Shown here piece by piece: positions 51,840-64,000 of a stretch of DNA of 64,000 nucleotides. The stretch's first letter is position 1. Every line of letters starts with the position of its first letter. The notes under the pieces were generated by a model. It ran no database searches, was not told where the DNA came from, and worked only from the letters and a program-made list of their open reading frames with translations. The translations under genes and the position numbers were made by a program. This DNA comes from Amoebidium appalachense (taxonomy: Eukaryota; Protista; Ichthyosporea): assembly GCA_963693365.1 (NCBI GenBank), contig CAVNZM010000008.1, forward strand, positions 6,892,830-6,956,829, given 5' to 3'.

Positions 51840-53574
51840 GTGGGTGGGTGGGGTGGGTGGGGGATGAGGGTTATGCATGGCACCCTTTTGGCTGCTCTTG
51901 TCCTATCGGAGGAAAAGTGGAGGATGGGGGGGGTGATAGTATCGACTACCGGTGTTAAAGTGTATGTGGCCCTAACAGGCTGCCAGGCAGGTACTTACTG
52001 CCTGCTGGCTGGCCACAGGCAGCTGCATGCAGTCCCCGCTGTGGCTGCGCCCCTTGGCACAGCCCCTGCAGCACGTGCGGTAGCCTGCACGTGCCTGCAG
52101 CCCACACCCAGCCACACACCCGCCGCCTGCCTGCCCACTGCCACAGCTGCCGTCGTGGCTACCTGCCCCCACCCCGCATGCACGGCAGCACGTCACATAG
52201 CCCTGCCCTGCTGCCGCCCGCCCACAGTTCTGAATGCACTGTGTCCTGCTTGGTTGAGGGGAAGGTCAGGTAACAGCATGCTGTTGCATATGAAGGAGAA
52301 AAGACCAAAACACATGTGTGCTGGTGTCAGTGTGTGTGTTCTTTGTCTTTGCTTGCGTCTCTTCAATCACAAATTGTGAATTATGCTGGTCTCAGTGTGT
52401 GTGTTCTTTGTCTTTGCTTGCATCTCTTCAATCACAAATTGTGACTTAACACATGTGTGCTGGTGTCAGTGTGTGTGTTCTTTGTCCTTGCTTGCATCTC
52501 TTCAATCACAAATTGTGAATTCTTTCAGGGGGTATTTCTGGCCAAGTGGGGTTGGACAAGATCGCAGAACACGAGCAATTGGACGCAGATGTGTTGTTTA
52601 TTGGCCCCACTGGGGTCATGTGACCAATGACACCAGCAATGTTTCAGCACATGTTGGTGTGTGGTTTGTCCCCTTGTGTGTTCTATGTGGCACCATGCTC
52701 GTAGCAATATGTGCTGTGTGAACTGTATCTGTAATGAATAAAGCGTCGTGCATTGGCCAAGGTAATGTCGAACTGCAGTGTGTGTGCATCCTAAGGCCCC
52801 CAATGCCACCAAGCAGGCCGGCTAAATCACAAGCACATATGTCACTATATCACGGCCTAGACCCCACACTCCCTGCATGCACGTTGATCATGTTATTAGT
52901 AGGATCCTCAGAGACTACAGGTGTTGCTCCTGTCGTTATCTCATATGCAACACCCTCTATGCTGCGTACACAGCAATATGCCCCACAGTGGGGTGATGGC
53001 GGGTGACCTACGTTGCTGTGCCGCCCTTTTCATCGTGGCCCCTCCCCGACCCACAGCCCCTGCAGCAAGTCCTGAACCCACTGTTTGCAGTCACCCCACA
53101 GCCCTTCCCACATGCCCGGCTGCCTTGCCCGTCCCTCCCTGCTGCCACCTTCCCCTCTCTGCCACATGTGGGGTCGTGCCCCACAGCCCCCACTGCGCAG
53201 CGCCTGCAGCACGTGCTGTGCCCTCTGGCCGTGTTTGCCGCCTTGCCACAGCCCCTCACACACGTGGCTGCAGCCATCGTGCTGTCCCCTTGTGCGCTGC
53301 ATGCGCTGTCATGCCCCCCGTATGCCCCCTGGGTGGCCATGCACGTGCGGCAGCACACCCGCATGTTGGGCCCTGCTGGCCCCAGGCAGAACAGGCACAC
53401 GGCCACCCCTCCAGGTGTGGGCTGGGTGGCCCTGGCCCGTGAACCCGTGCATGTTTGGTCGTGCGCACTTGCAGGCAGGCGGCCGCTTGCCTTCCCACAG
53501 GCACGGCAGCACGTGCGGTGGGTGGGGGCATTGGCGGGGTGGCCACACCCCCCCGAGCAAGGGATTGGGCCCAT
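49574..53574 (-). CDS. Gig2/PARP-like ADP-ribosyltransferase with six N-terminal Cys/His repeats and a PBZ-like finger; 6 exons (approx. 53574-53013, 52246-52000, 51730-51572, 51283-51051, 50323-50250, 49688-49574)
   Basis: TAYHG, AILQGGFKR, MLGPGVYVSRDINKARRF, VEVK|VQLGKTK, WHKVER|YDSI and MEEHCVADPTRV match the Gig2-family pattern. All junctions are GT-AG and in frame. Confidence 0.85.
50345..50860. repeat. Intronic minisatellite of cagcatgtg/atattac(ct) modules
   Basis: Directly visible. Confidence 0.9.
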
Positions 53575-56342
53575 GAGGCCCCCAAAAGGTGGGAGCCTTG
53601 AGGCAAGCTGGGCCCATGGCCACCCACCGGCCCCTGTTTGCTCCTGCGTGCCATGGTGTGGGCCTGCTGGAGCACGGTGGTTTGCATGTCAATAGGTGGC
53701 TTGCATGCGCCTGTGTGCTATGAAAGATCAATTTTGTGTGGCCCATGATCACAGCAGATGGCTGTTGATTATGACATCACATCCACTGTATGGACACAAA
53801 ACCGCACGCATAACCTTCCTCCTCGTCCCCTCATAATCCCCGTGCAGGCCAGTGTATTGAAGGTTGCAAAAAAGGAAAGTGCAATAATATGCAACATCTG
53901 AAGGTCCCCCACAAAATGTAAGCCCTCGTGTGACCTTCAGTGGTAGAATATCTGCAAACACACACACAAAGTACAAAAACACACCGGGCCAGGGGCTGCA
54001 CCCCAACACGTGCACAGCGGGGACCAGCATCTCCAAACACAGCCGCAGACCGCACATAGCAAACGGCCATAATTGCACACGTATCAAGTGCACATCTGAT
54101 CTTTGGACAAGGACACATGTGGACGTGCACCCTAATGCATTGTAATTGTTTAAGTTAAATTCTGATAGCGTTTGTTGTCTTGCAGTGTATCTTTGTCACA
54201 AGCTTGAATATCGACATCTGAACACACACACAGAGAGAGAGATAGAACGCGCGCACGTGCACACCGTGGCACAGGCACGCACCTTGTTGCCCCCCCACTA
54301 GTACTCCCCAAGGTAATGCCGACTGCGCGTCACAGCCGCACACCGTAGGCCCTCTGCTCGCGTCTTGCTGGCCCTCCGCGTCACGGTTGCGCCTACCCCG
54401 TGCATGTGCCGCGGTGGCGTGGGTGCTAGTGGTGCGCGCGTGCACGTGCTGGGCGGGTTGGTTGGTGGGTGCATCATCATCCATTTGGGGCGCAAAATGC
54501 TCCGTGGCCCCCCACACATGTACAGAGTCGTCACAGTCCATGGGGTACCGCGCCATGGTAGTGGTGTGAGGGAGGTGTGCAGGGCTGCATGCACAGAGCC
54601 ATATGTGCCTGGACGCTGCATTCACGGGGTATTTGTGCGCGGCGTCCCGGCTGTAGTGTGCCCTAAACCAACGTGCTACGTAAAGCGGATTTCAAAACCC
54701 TGGCAGGTGGCGAGCGATGTAAAAGCAGAGTAGCCAAGACGATTACGTAACTGCAGCATGTACGGGGGCATGGTAACCTGGCACGAATAATTGGTAAGCC
54801 GTACACAAGATATATCGTAATGCGTACAATTTTTTTTCCGATTATAATAATATTTTATTTGACCTGTTGTGCGCGGCTGTAAAGTATGTATAGAATTCTC
54901 GTTCAGAGAACAGAGGAGAACGTTCCATCTGAACGTTGCAACATCCCGGTTTTGAAGATCCAGTTTGCCTGCCTCTGACCTTGCGCATTTCTATTGGTCA
55001 ATCAGAATTTTCTTGCGGCCGTTACGTAACAGTCTATTATTGTAGCGTCAGTTTGGGTGCATTGAGAGGTGCATTGCCCAGCGCGGTGGCCAAGGACAGG
55101 GAAGGGTGCTACGGCGCATCAACAACAGAAGGAGAAAGAAGGAAGGAAGAAGGAAAGAAAGGGAAAATAACGTGATAGGTTCATCGTAGCTTCATGACTA
55201 TTCCATTCGTTTTACTTATTCTGCCATCGTGTGTCCTTTTGGCAACCATGGCCGCACGCTTCATGATATATCGCCCACCGGCCGGCATGTCATGATTCTT
55301 ATCGTGTGTAGCACACCCGCTTACGTAAGCAAGGGCAGCCAAAAGACGTACTGCAGGCCATGGGCCGGGTCCGTGCAACAAGCGGATGCAGGGCCTAGCA
55401 CACTGAGTGTGCATACGGGCACAGTGCAGGGGGGGTGCGTGGTGTGGCTCCGTGAGTGAACTTGTAGCTCCTCTCGTGTGCAAAGACAGGACATGCGCTC
55501 GGTTCGCACACGTGCACATGCCACATAGTCAGCCAACATGGTAGCAATGCCACACGCACAGACACACTACAGTAGTCAGTTTAAAGTCAAGTTCACGCAG
55601 AGCTCGAGGGACAGCCATGCACACACTAGCCAACCACGTGCACCATCCCGTTCCCAACCGCGCCCAGGCCACCTTCACACACACGTGTGCGCGTCCTCCC
55701 AACCTTCCCCACACGCACCCACACACAGAGTTATGATCTTCTCAAGATCACGTTGACAGGTCGGCCCCACAGCCACCCCAACCGGCCGGGAGGACCTCAG
55801 ACTCGAAGGCCAGCTGCAGGTATGAGCTCATGACATCTCGGGCCTTATCCCCTGCCTTCAAGTCACTAGCATAGTCCCGGCCCCATATCCCTCCTTACCA
55901 CACCCACCCACCCGCCCACCTTAAAGGTCTATGTCGGGGTTTCTCGATTATGACGTATTTTTGACGTAATCCATAATAACGTGATGTCATTGATGATGTC
56001 ACGAATTTCAAGAATGACGTCACCGGATCACGTAGCCGATAAAACTGAGCACACTGATTGGTAATTGCCATATATGAAAGGTTCGTTTTAGGAAAGTCTG
56101 GACATGGATAAAAAATTACGTCAGAATCGAGAAACCCCGACATAGTCGTTAAGCTCACCCCATTTGCTCACTACCCGCCCAACCCTCCAAGGGAAGTATC
56201 ATTGGCCCCCAATGGCACCACTGATTCCTACCCCAACCCCCTATCCCCCTGGACTGCCTCTCACACGTGGGTCAGATGGAGGCCCGGGGAGGCAGCCCAG
56301 GCACCAGTGCTGAGTTTGTATCCACACTGGCATAACTGCCCG

Positions 56343-57213
56343 TGTTGTAATACGTAGTATTTACATATGGTAAGATCTTCTCAGTTTGTGTTATGTTTCA
56401 GTTCATATGCTTAGTATAAATGCCACACTCCTATTATGAAAAGTGTAGCATCGATCTCCGATATACTTGTATACTTGTAATCGTGTTGTATCGGCTTTAA
56501 TCGTGTATTGTAATATCAATTAGATTATTTATGTGTGTACACGGATCCACCCACTCAGGGAGAGACGTGTACATGTTCGTGTGTACATAAATATCTCTAG
56601 TTATAGTTATACTATTACTATCTTGTTTGTTGATCTGTGCTCTCTTTTCCTTTCTCTTTCTCCTTCCTTATTTTCTTTTCTTTCTCTCCTTGTCTTCATG
56701 TGTATAATCGTATTTCTTTTCTACTAATATATGTTAGGTAGATTTGTGTTACTTAATATGTGTTGATTGGACGGTAACACACTTAGGCTACACTTAGAAT
56801 AACATGTGTGATTAGACTTCATTAATTTACTTTAGTTTTCATGTGTTGCCGGGCTTTAACCAATCATCAAGGATAAGTGTGATATGTCTGAGTCTTTGCA
56901 GTGTATCATAGGTTAGAACTTCCTTGATGATGACACGAGTTGATCTTAACTAGTGTCTGTGTCCTATCGTGTACGTCTCCGCGTGCCAGATCTCTCTGAA
57001 AGCAATTGGTTCTTAGTGATTGGTTTCTATTAGAGACAGATCTGATTTCCGACTGGTCGGAAATCATGTATGGATTAGACTTCGAGGAATTTCAGGTATT
57101 TATTCGAAGATCAAAATAAATTGAGTTCAGTCGTGTCTAAACATTGATGTCTGTTGTGTACACTGCTCCGATCGTTCCGTGTTTTGTTGTTGTGTGTCTG
57201 TGGTGTTTTCACA
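56343..57213 (+). mobile_element. Probable solo LTR (~870 bp)
   Basis: TGTTGTAAT...TTTTCACA, TATAAA, AATAAA. The 3' end (aataaa..cagtcgt..atcgttcc..gtgtgtct..ca) parallels the LTR at 3407-4093. No clean TSD. Confidence 0.55.
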
Positions 57214-57424
57214 CTGCACCACTGTGTCTCTGCTTCCATCCCAAATACTTATATAATTTTACAGCCCGGCCACCAAGGTGTGTGCACGTGCCTGCCCCCC
57301 ATGTGTCCACAGCAAGGACACCACATGTAGCGATGCACTTCACTTGAGCATTTATGCTTCAACTAGCCTTTTTGCTAAGCCGTCCCCTCCTAATTAACCC
57401 CCGCCCCCTCCCCCCTCTCTCCCC

Positions 57425-57458
<34 letters not shown>

Positions 57459-59912
57459 ACACACACACACAAACAAAAGAAAAGAAGAAGAAGAAGAAAC
57501 GAAAAGATATTCTAAACTTTCAGTAAGGTGCCACCGCAGACACGTGGCCTGACCTAACTATGGGGCCTAATACTGCAGGCCATGCATGTGGCCTTGGGGC
57601 CAGTATGTGTTCCTTGCCAAGGGGGCCACGGTGCCGTGAGCCTGTGAAGTGCTACGCATGTGCACGGGACAGGGGGGTGGTGGTCTATGGCACAATGGGG
57701 TTTGGAAAGAGCTACCGTATGGTCACCTACTGGTGTGAGTGGAACATATTGGTATCGGTGCTGATGAGGTGTGCCAGGGGGTGCGGGGAGGGGAGTGGGT
57801 GCTGTATTATTTGGGGACACCACATGCTGGTGAATCATTGTACGGAGGAGGGGGGTGTTGATGCTGAAGTGGGAGACCCTCATTTGGTGTGGTTTGGACA
57901 TCATCCATGGCACACGCACTATGCAGGCGGGTAGGGGCTGGATGACGTTTTTAGGCGGCCTGCCGTTGATTGGCTGCTTCATTTTCAAGTTGCCTGGTCA
58001 GCATGCATGATTGCTGGCCAATCAGAGTAAATTTCACCACCGCATTTGGAGGCCATTCGGATGAATTCATCTCTGCAAAAATAGTAATACCTAATCTCTT
58101 AAAACCGTGCCCCCTCCCCCCCCCCCCCCCCCCTTCTTCCCGCCTTCCTCCCCCCCCCCTCCCCCCCCCCTCCCCCCCCCCCAACACACACACACACACA
58201 AGAAAGCTTCACGTGGTGTCCTACATCAGCAGTCCGATCAGTGCCATCTTTCTGGCGAAACCATGATTGTTGCATCAATTGGACTCCAGTTGCCCTCAAA
58301 TGATTTGAGCTTATTCTCGGCCCCCAGGGAAGGGGGGGAGGGAGGGGGGATTGGCTGGGGTGTTATGGTCTCGACGTACGGTTGCACTGCCTGTGTGTCT
58401 GGTGGCACCTTGGTGTGTGTGCATGGCCGGGTGATATTGGATAGCACACAGGTCATGACGGTGTGTGACATGGGCACGCAAAAGCAAGAACAACGGGCTA
58501 GGCCACACCATGATGTACCACCTGTGGTAGCCATTTTGCCGGTAACCGTTGCCTCGCTCACTAACATATCTGACCCATACGGACATTCAGGTCCACGTAC
58601 CCCTCCCCCCCCCTCCCCCTCCCCCAAGGCACCACCACCACCAGGTATGTGACATGAGCAGGCACACCTGCAGACACACCGTGCACAGACCGTGGTGGCG
58701 TGCATGCACACACACACACAAGCACACCCAATGGCATGCACAACTATGTGGCCATGCCACATGCACGGTGTACTCGTTTGCGCCACAGTGACCCCTCCAG
58801 AGTGCAAGCCAATGGCCTGACAGCCCACCAACTGCACTCCAACTGCTATGATCATGAACCACTGTCGCGGCATGGACAGATGGCCCACCTTGTGCGTTGA
58901 TGCCTGAAAATAGGCAGACCCATATGTTATGGTAGTAATGAAAGTGACGTATGCAGGTTGATGGCTAGTGATGGCGGGTGCAGGTGAATTGCTGAGGGCA
59001 TGTGATGCCAGGTATGAGCTCACGCCATGAAATGCCGGCTTGGACCCGAGCGCCCTGCCGGGAAGAGAGATGAGGCCCTGTGTTTGGCCAGACCGATACT
59101 ATTGAGTGCTGTTGAAAACATGAGAGCATGGCCTGTTTACGGTGGATTACAAACGGCAGGGGGCGACCACGTCCCAGGGGGGAAGGGGGGGAGGGAGCGG
59201 GAGGGCTAACTTAATTAATGGCAGGAGATATCTGGTATTGTTGCATACAGCTCATTGTGGAGGGAAAGGGGGGAGGGGGGGGGGGGGGGGGGATGCGGAT
59301 TCGGGTGTCGGAGGGAAAGTGGGCAAATGTGGACCCCGGACACCCTCACACACGTCTATTGAGCCCTACAAATACAAAAAGACACACCAGTCCTGTATGT
59401 GTAGTTCTACAACAACAAAAAAGACAAACGTTTGAAAGCTCGGAGGGTGGACTGGCCGAGGAATGGCTTGGTGTGTTTATTGGCTGTGTGTTAATGGTCA
59501 TTCGTGGATATGTGTGTTGCTACGTGTTGGCCATTCCACAGGGCTGTATAAAGCGGTGAATTCTCGTAAGGTAGGCTAACTGACTCAACTATCATCGAAT
59601 ATCTGTACATCTAACTAGTGTCGGTACTAGTAACAGTAACTATCGGAAGGCATCGTCCCTTTAATGCATCCAGTTAAAGACTACGTGTCAAGAGAGAGTC
59701 CCTTTAAGTGTCCAGTATGTGTTAAAGCTTTGCAAGTCCCGTTCATGTGTCCAGTTCATATAAAGCCTCGGGTGTAGATGCAATCTGCCGCCTCCCGGTA
59801 CCTGGTCCAAGCTGCTAGCCGACCTTGCACAGTAAACCAAATCCTCTCATCTGATTGGTCGATTAGCCCCATAGGGCTGGTGCTGGCCTCTGATTGGCTC
59901 ACTGGCGGATAT

Positions 59913-62900
59913 TGTCGTATCCTATTGTGTATGTATCAGAGACGCGGCACTCTACTAAGTGTACACACACTGAAAGGAACGAACGTGTGACTGAAAACGG
60001 TAAAGTTTATTCAGACCAGGCTCCGACGGGCAAAACTTAGATCCGTACGGAATGAGGCTAAGTCACAACTGAGGCCATCAAGGCCGTGCCCTCAAAGATC
60101 ATCATCACCTGGCCCCCCTACGATGCCACATTCCAAACATTCCGATCTACTTTATCGTGCGCCTGCACGAGCTAAGTCGATCTACTCAAACTAATATATT
60201 TATCTATGTCTCACCCCTCACCCTCCCCCTAGTGGCACCGCAGAGTCTAAATCTACATTTCATACTATCCTCCCCCCTCCTCCCTCCCCCCTTTCCTCTA
60301 CATCGAAATATATAAATACGTTTGGCAACATACACTATCAAAGCTTGCCAATATTTACAAAAGGGCTTCTGCCCGAACATATCACATTCCTAAGTCCTCC
60401 TACGATCTATCCTACACACTACTTAGAATTCTATTGGTCGGCTGCTCCAGCTGACGTGGTCCTGCCCTGCGCCGGCAGAGGCAAGATGCACGCAGCTGTA
60501 CAGCTATCTTGAGGCCCCGGACTTGATCTTGATGATCTGTGAACCCGGGCCACCCCCCCCCCCCCCCCCCCCCCCGATCTCGATCGTAGACTTAGGCTGA
60601 TCTGCTGAGACGGATTAGTATATGTTAACTCCCCCCCCCGGCCCCCGGAAAAGCTGAGTCCCACCTCAGTCACATTACATCTAACACCCCCTAAAAAGAC
60701 ATAGACTAATCGGTCGCCTAAAAAAAAATGAAATTAAATAAATTACGAAGAAAAATAATAAAATGATACCTACGGAGACACCTATGATAATAAATTAAAT
60801 TCCTACGACTACGTTCACACTCCTCCTCGGTCTCCTCCCCCCCCCCCCGGGCCCCTCCCCCCGTGTGTCTACGTGTATTTGCATCACTCCCCCCCCCGGC
60901 CCCCTCCCCCACCGACTTTTTCACACCACGATTAAACTGAGGAATAACTCTCTTTGGCCTAGAGGGAGCACTAGGCAACTCCCTCTGCACTAATCTAGCC
61001 TCATAAGCACGAATAGAAAACGGGCAATCCAAATGAAACTCGGGCAACCACTGATCTTCCTGATAACCTCCCTCAAAACGAATTAAATAATAATTTACCT
61101 TACCTTCCTTACCTTCGATAACCTTTTTATCCATAATTTTATCTACTGCAGCCTCCGATACATCCACCGACCCGTCATAGTCGGGGGTGAATGCATCTAA
61201 CACTCGACGGCCCTCCTGCCGTTTACCCTGAGGGCCCTATCATAATATTCCTTTATATCATCTATATTATAAAATCTAACATCACTCTCATTATCTAACC
61301 TCTGCACCTTATATTCGGTCGGACCTAACCTAAGCCACTATTTTATACGGGCCAATGAAAAGAGGCAACCATTTCTTACCATACTTACGAAGACCTTCAC
61401 CTTCACCCTTACCTTCCTGCTCCTGCTTATATCTCTTTTTCCTAGTATGATCCCTAATTAAAACTAAAGTACCCTCGGCAAATTCACGTAACGGACGTGT
61501 GGACACGTCTGCACGTGCCTGTGCCTGCTGTGTACGGGCCAGAGCTGCATCACGTGCAGCCCGGGCCCGGGTTAGTAGCTGCTCCCGGAACTCAGTCCAG
61601 TGGGGATAAGTTAGTCGGTCAGCCCCCCCCATCGGCAAAAGTGCCGTATCTAACAAACTAATAGCCTCCTGCCCATAGACCAAATAAAAATGAGAAAAAC
61701 CAGTCACAGCATGAGGGGTAGAATTATACGAATGAGCAATAAACCTAGACATATGATCCCAATCATTAGCCTCTACATCCACCATTTTGCCAAAGGACTT
61801 CTGAAACACTGCATGCACACGTTCAGAGATGGCATTTGCTTGAGGGTGATATGCAGACGTAGTGATATGAGCTACCCTTAAAATTTTACACACCTCCGAC
61901 ACCAACTGAATTAAAAACACATGACTCCTATCCGTTAACAAAACACGAGGACAACCAAACCTAAGACAAATTTCATCCACAAAAATACGAGCAAACAAAA
62001 CGGCATTAGCAGTGGGGAGAGGAAAAACTTCAACCTAACGAGTGGCCACATCGGTGACGGTAACAAGAACAGTGTTACCCTCAACCGTAGAATTAAAAGG
62101 ACCAACCACATCCACTGCTACCCTTTCAAACATACGAGGTGAGGGATTATGTGTTGTCATGCATGCATTGTCAGGAAAGGAATGAGAGTCCCCACTCTCG
62201 TATGCATGCATGACAACACATAATCCCTCACCTCCCTACTCATACCGGGCCAAAAATACGAACGATTAACACGAAGCAACGTCCTATTAACACCTAAATG
62301 ACCAGCCATGGGATGCTCATGCACCATATGCAAAACCTCAGGCACAAGTGCCGTCGGGACCCAAACTCGGTGTCCGTCTGGCCCAGAACAATGATAAACT
62401 AAATCCTGCTCTACCTGACACATTTTTGCTAACTTAGCTACCTTAATCATCTGCCTTTTATTTTTAAATTTAATCGAATCAACCGGCCCCTTTAAATAAT
62501 TCTTAACCAGTCTGAGACCAATCAACACATCTTCCTCCTGAGCTAAGATCAAAGCCGTAGGTGCTAAGGCAGGGGCCGAGCCATGAGACTCGGTCCCGAC
62601 CTCAGACACTGACAAATACCTCCCCCCCCCCTCCCCTACACTTATAAGCAAGCAACCCCGGAGCCCAAGAAGACACATCAACAGACACAGCATCTATTCC
62701 TTTCTGCTCACTCTCCCCCCCTTCCCCCCTCCCCCCCCCCGTCTCTCACTAGCCCCCCCTCCCCCTCCTTCTCTTCTTCAAACAAAATATAAGCAGCACG
62801 AGAGAGAGCATCACAGTCAACCATTGTTTCACCCTTGGCATAAAACAATTTATAGGAGAACTCACCGAGAGCCGCGGCCCACTTCTGCATCCTCTCGTTG

Positions 62901-63722
62901 ACCAGACGAGTGGTGCCGGCCATGGCTAGGCAGGGCTTGTGGTCGGTGTAGACCTCAAACGTCCTGCCTGCGAGTATGTACCTCCATGCCTGTGAGACTG
63001 CCCAAAAGATAGCATGGGACTCTCTCTCCGGATTGCTATATCTACGTTCACTTTACTAAATGAACGACTAGCATAAGCAATCACTCTATCCTGCCCCTCC
63101 TGCACTTGATATAACACTGCCCCCTCAGCAACCTTACTCGCATCACACCGAACTTTAAACATCCCCCCCCCGGCCGAAAAATCAGGATGAACAAGCATAC
63201 TCGAAGACTGCAAAGCTAACTTAAGCTTTTCGAAAGCAGAAACAGCATCAACATTCCAATCTATTCTATTCTTCTTCTCCCCCCCCGTCTGACTAGTTAA
63301 CGGCAAAGCAAGCATACTATAACCCTTAATATAACGACGAAGATAATTAGTTAAACCTAAAAATTGCCTTAGTTGAGTGACAGTCTGAGAACGGGGCCAC
63401 TCAACTATGGCCCGGATTTTCTCCGGACAGGGGAAAGACCATTACTAGACATGATATGACCTAAAAACGTAACCTCCGGCACACCAATCACAGTCTTGCT
63501 ACCGCTAATACGAAGACCAGACTCACCCAAAGCTAAAAATACTTTTTCACAATTATTAACTAACTCCTCAAAAGACCTACCTTTAATTAAAACATCATCC
63601 AAATAAGGGTGGCATACATCCAAATGAGGGTGGAGAATTTTATACATTACCCGGCACAACATAGCTGGAGAGGAGAGCAAACCCATCGGCACCACCTTGT
63701 ACTGGAACAGCATCAGCAAAGA
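59913..63722 (-). mobile_element. Degenerate Ty3/Gypsy chromovirus (RT-RH-IN-chromodomain, PPT, 3' LTR ~59913-60686), 5'-truncated
   Basis: VPMGLLSSPA / PYLDDVLI RT; CDASKVAEGAVLYQ RH; HEHPMAGHLG..YFWPGM..C; LTDR..TSAYHPQANAISER IN; VDKIMDKK..YYLIRFEG..DQWLPE chromodomain; AGGGGG PPT before TGTTAG at 60686. Many frameshifts. Confidence 0.9.
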
Positions 63723-64000
63723 TCACCCCCCATCCGAAACCTGTCTTGTACGACTTTAGGACGTCCTATCGTCGTTAATATATCTAAAAGATAGCTTAGG
63801 ACGGGTTTAGGATAACCCGGAATTTCAGGATGGCAAGGCGTCTGAAACACATCCCATATATATTAAATACGTCTGGCACGGATTCAAGACAGTGGACATC
63901 TGCAAGACGTAGTAAAGTCGTCTGACAAGATGTCATACAGACACCTGGAAGTGCACTTATACCCATCAGCACAAGTCCGGATGTCCTTAACCCCCCATTA
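63723..64000. mobile_element. Non-coding insertion truncating the Gypsy RT
   Basis: RT similarity stops at ~63722. It is followed by gacgtc/gacatc-rich sequence of the same style as the Plavaka subterminal region. Confidence 0.35.

Noticed and set aside
53750-59030. Possible further gene or pseudogene exons, including PECPYG at ~58590
   Set aside because: No consistent spliced frame or domain could be assembled; the PBZ-like match is incomplete.

Overview
Eukaryotic, intron-rich, transposon-dense DNA. Introns carry poly-C/G tracts and CA/GT or CT microsatellites. The gene set (PACSIN, TSP1 repeats, Gig2-like ART, PHYH) suggests a holozoan, possibly ichthyosporean-like, host (inference). Left to right: (1) a frameshifted TSP1-repeat gene with a MITE, and an internally deleted Ngaro copy; (2) a Ty1/Copia element carrying a one-ended insertion of a second Copia; (3) a ~21.8 kb Plavaka-type DNA transposon (~10.1-31.9 kb). 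This element has an apparently intact 8-exon transposase whose introns hold satellite arrays of 183 and 366 bp period, plus a divergently oriented cargo gene with a KDM4-like JmjC exon, itself hit by a Ngaro YR retrotransposon; (4) fragments of a second YR-retroelement family; (5) host genes PHYH, PACSIN and an intact 6-exon Gig2/PARP-like ADP-ribosyltransferase with six novel Cys/His repeats and a PBZ-like finger; (6) a solo LTR and a degenerate chromodomain Gypsy. The best candidate new system is the Plavaka element carrying its own histone-demethylase-like gene and nucleosome-length arrays, a possible self-anti-silencing unit. All calls come from reading motifs by eye; no database searches were run.
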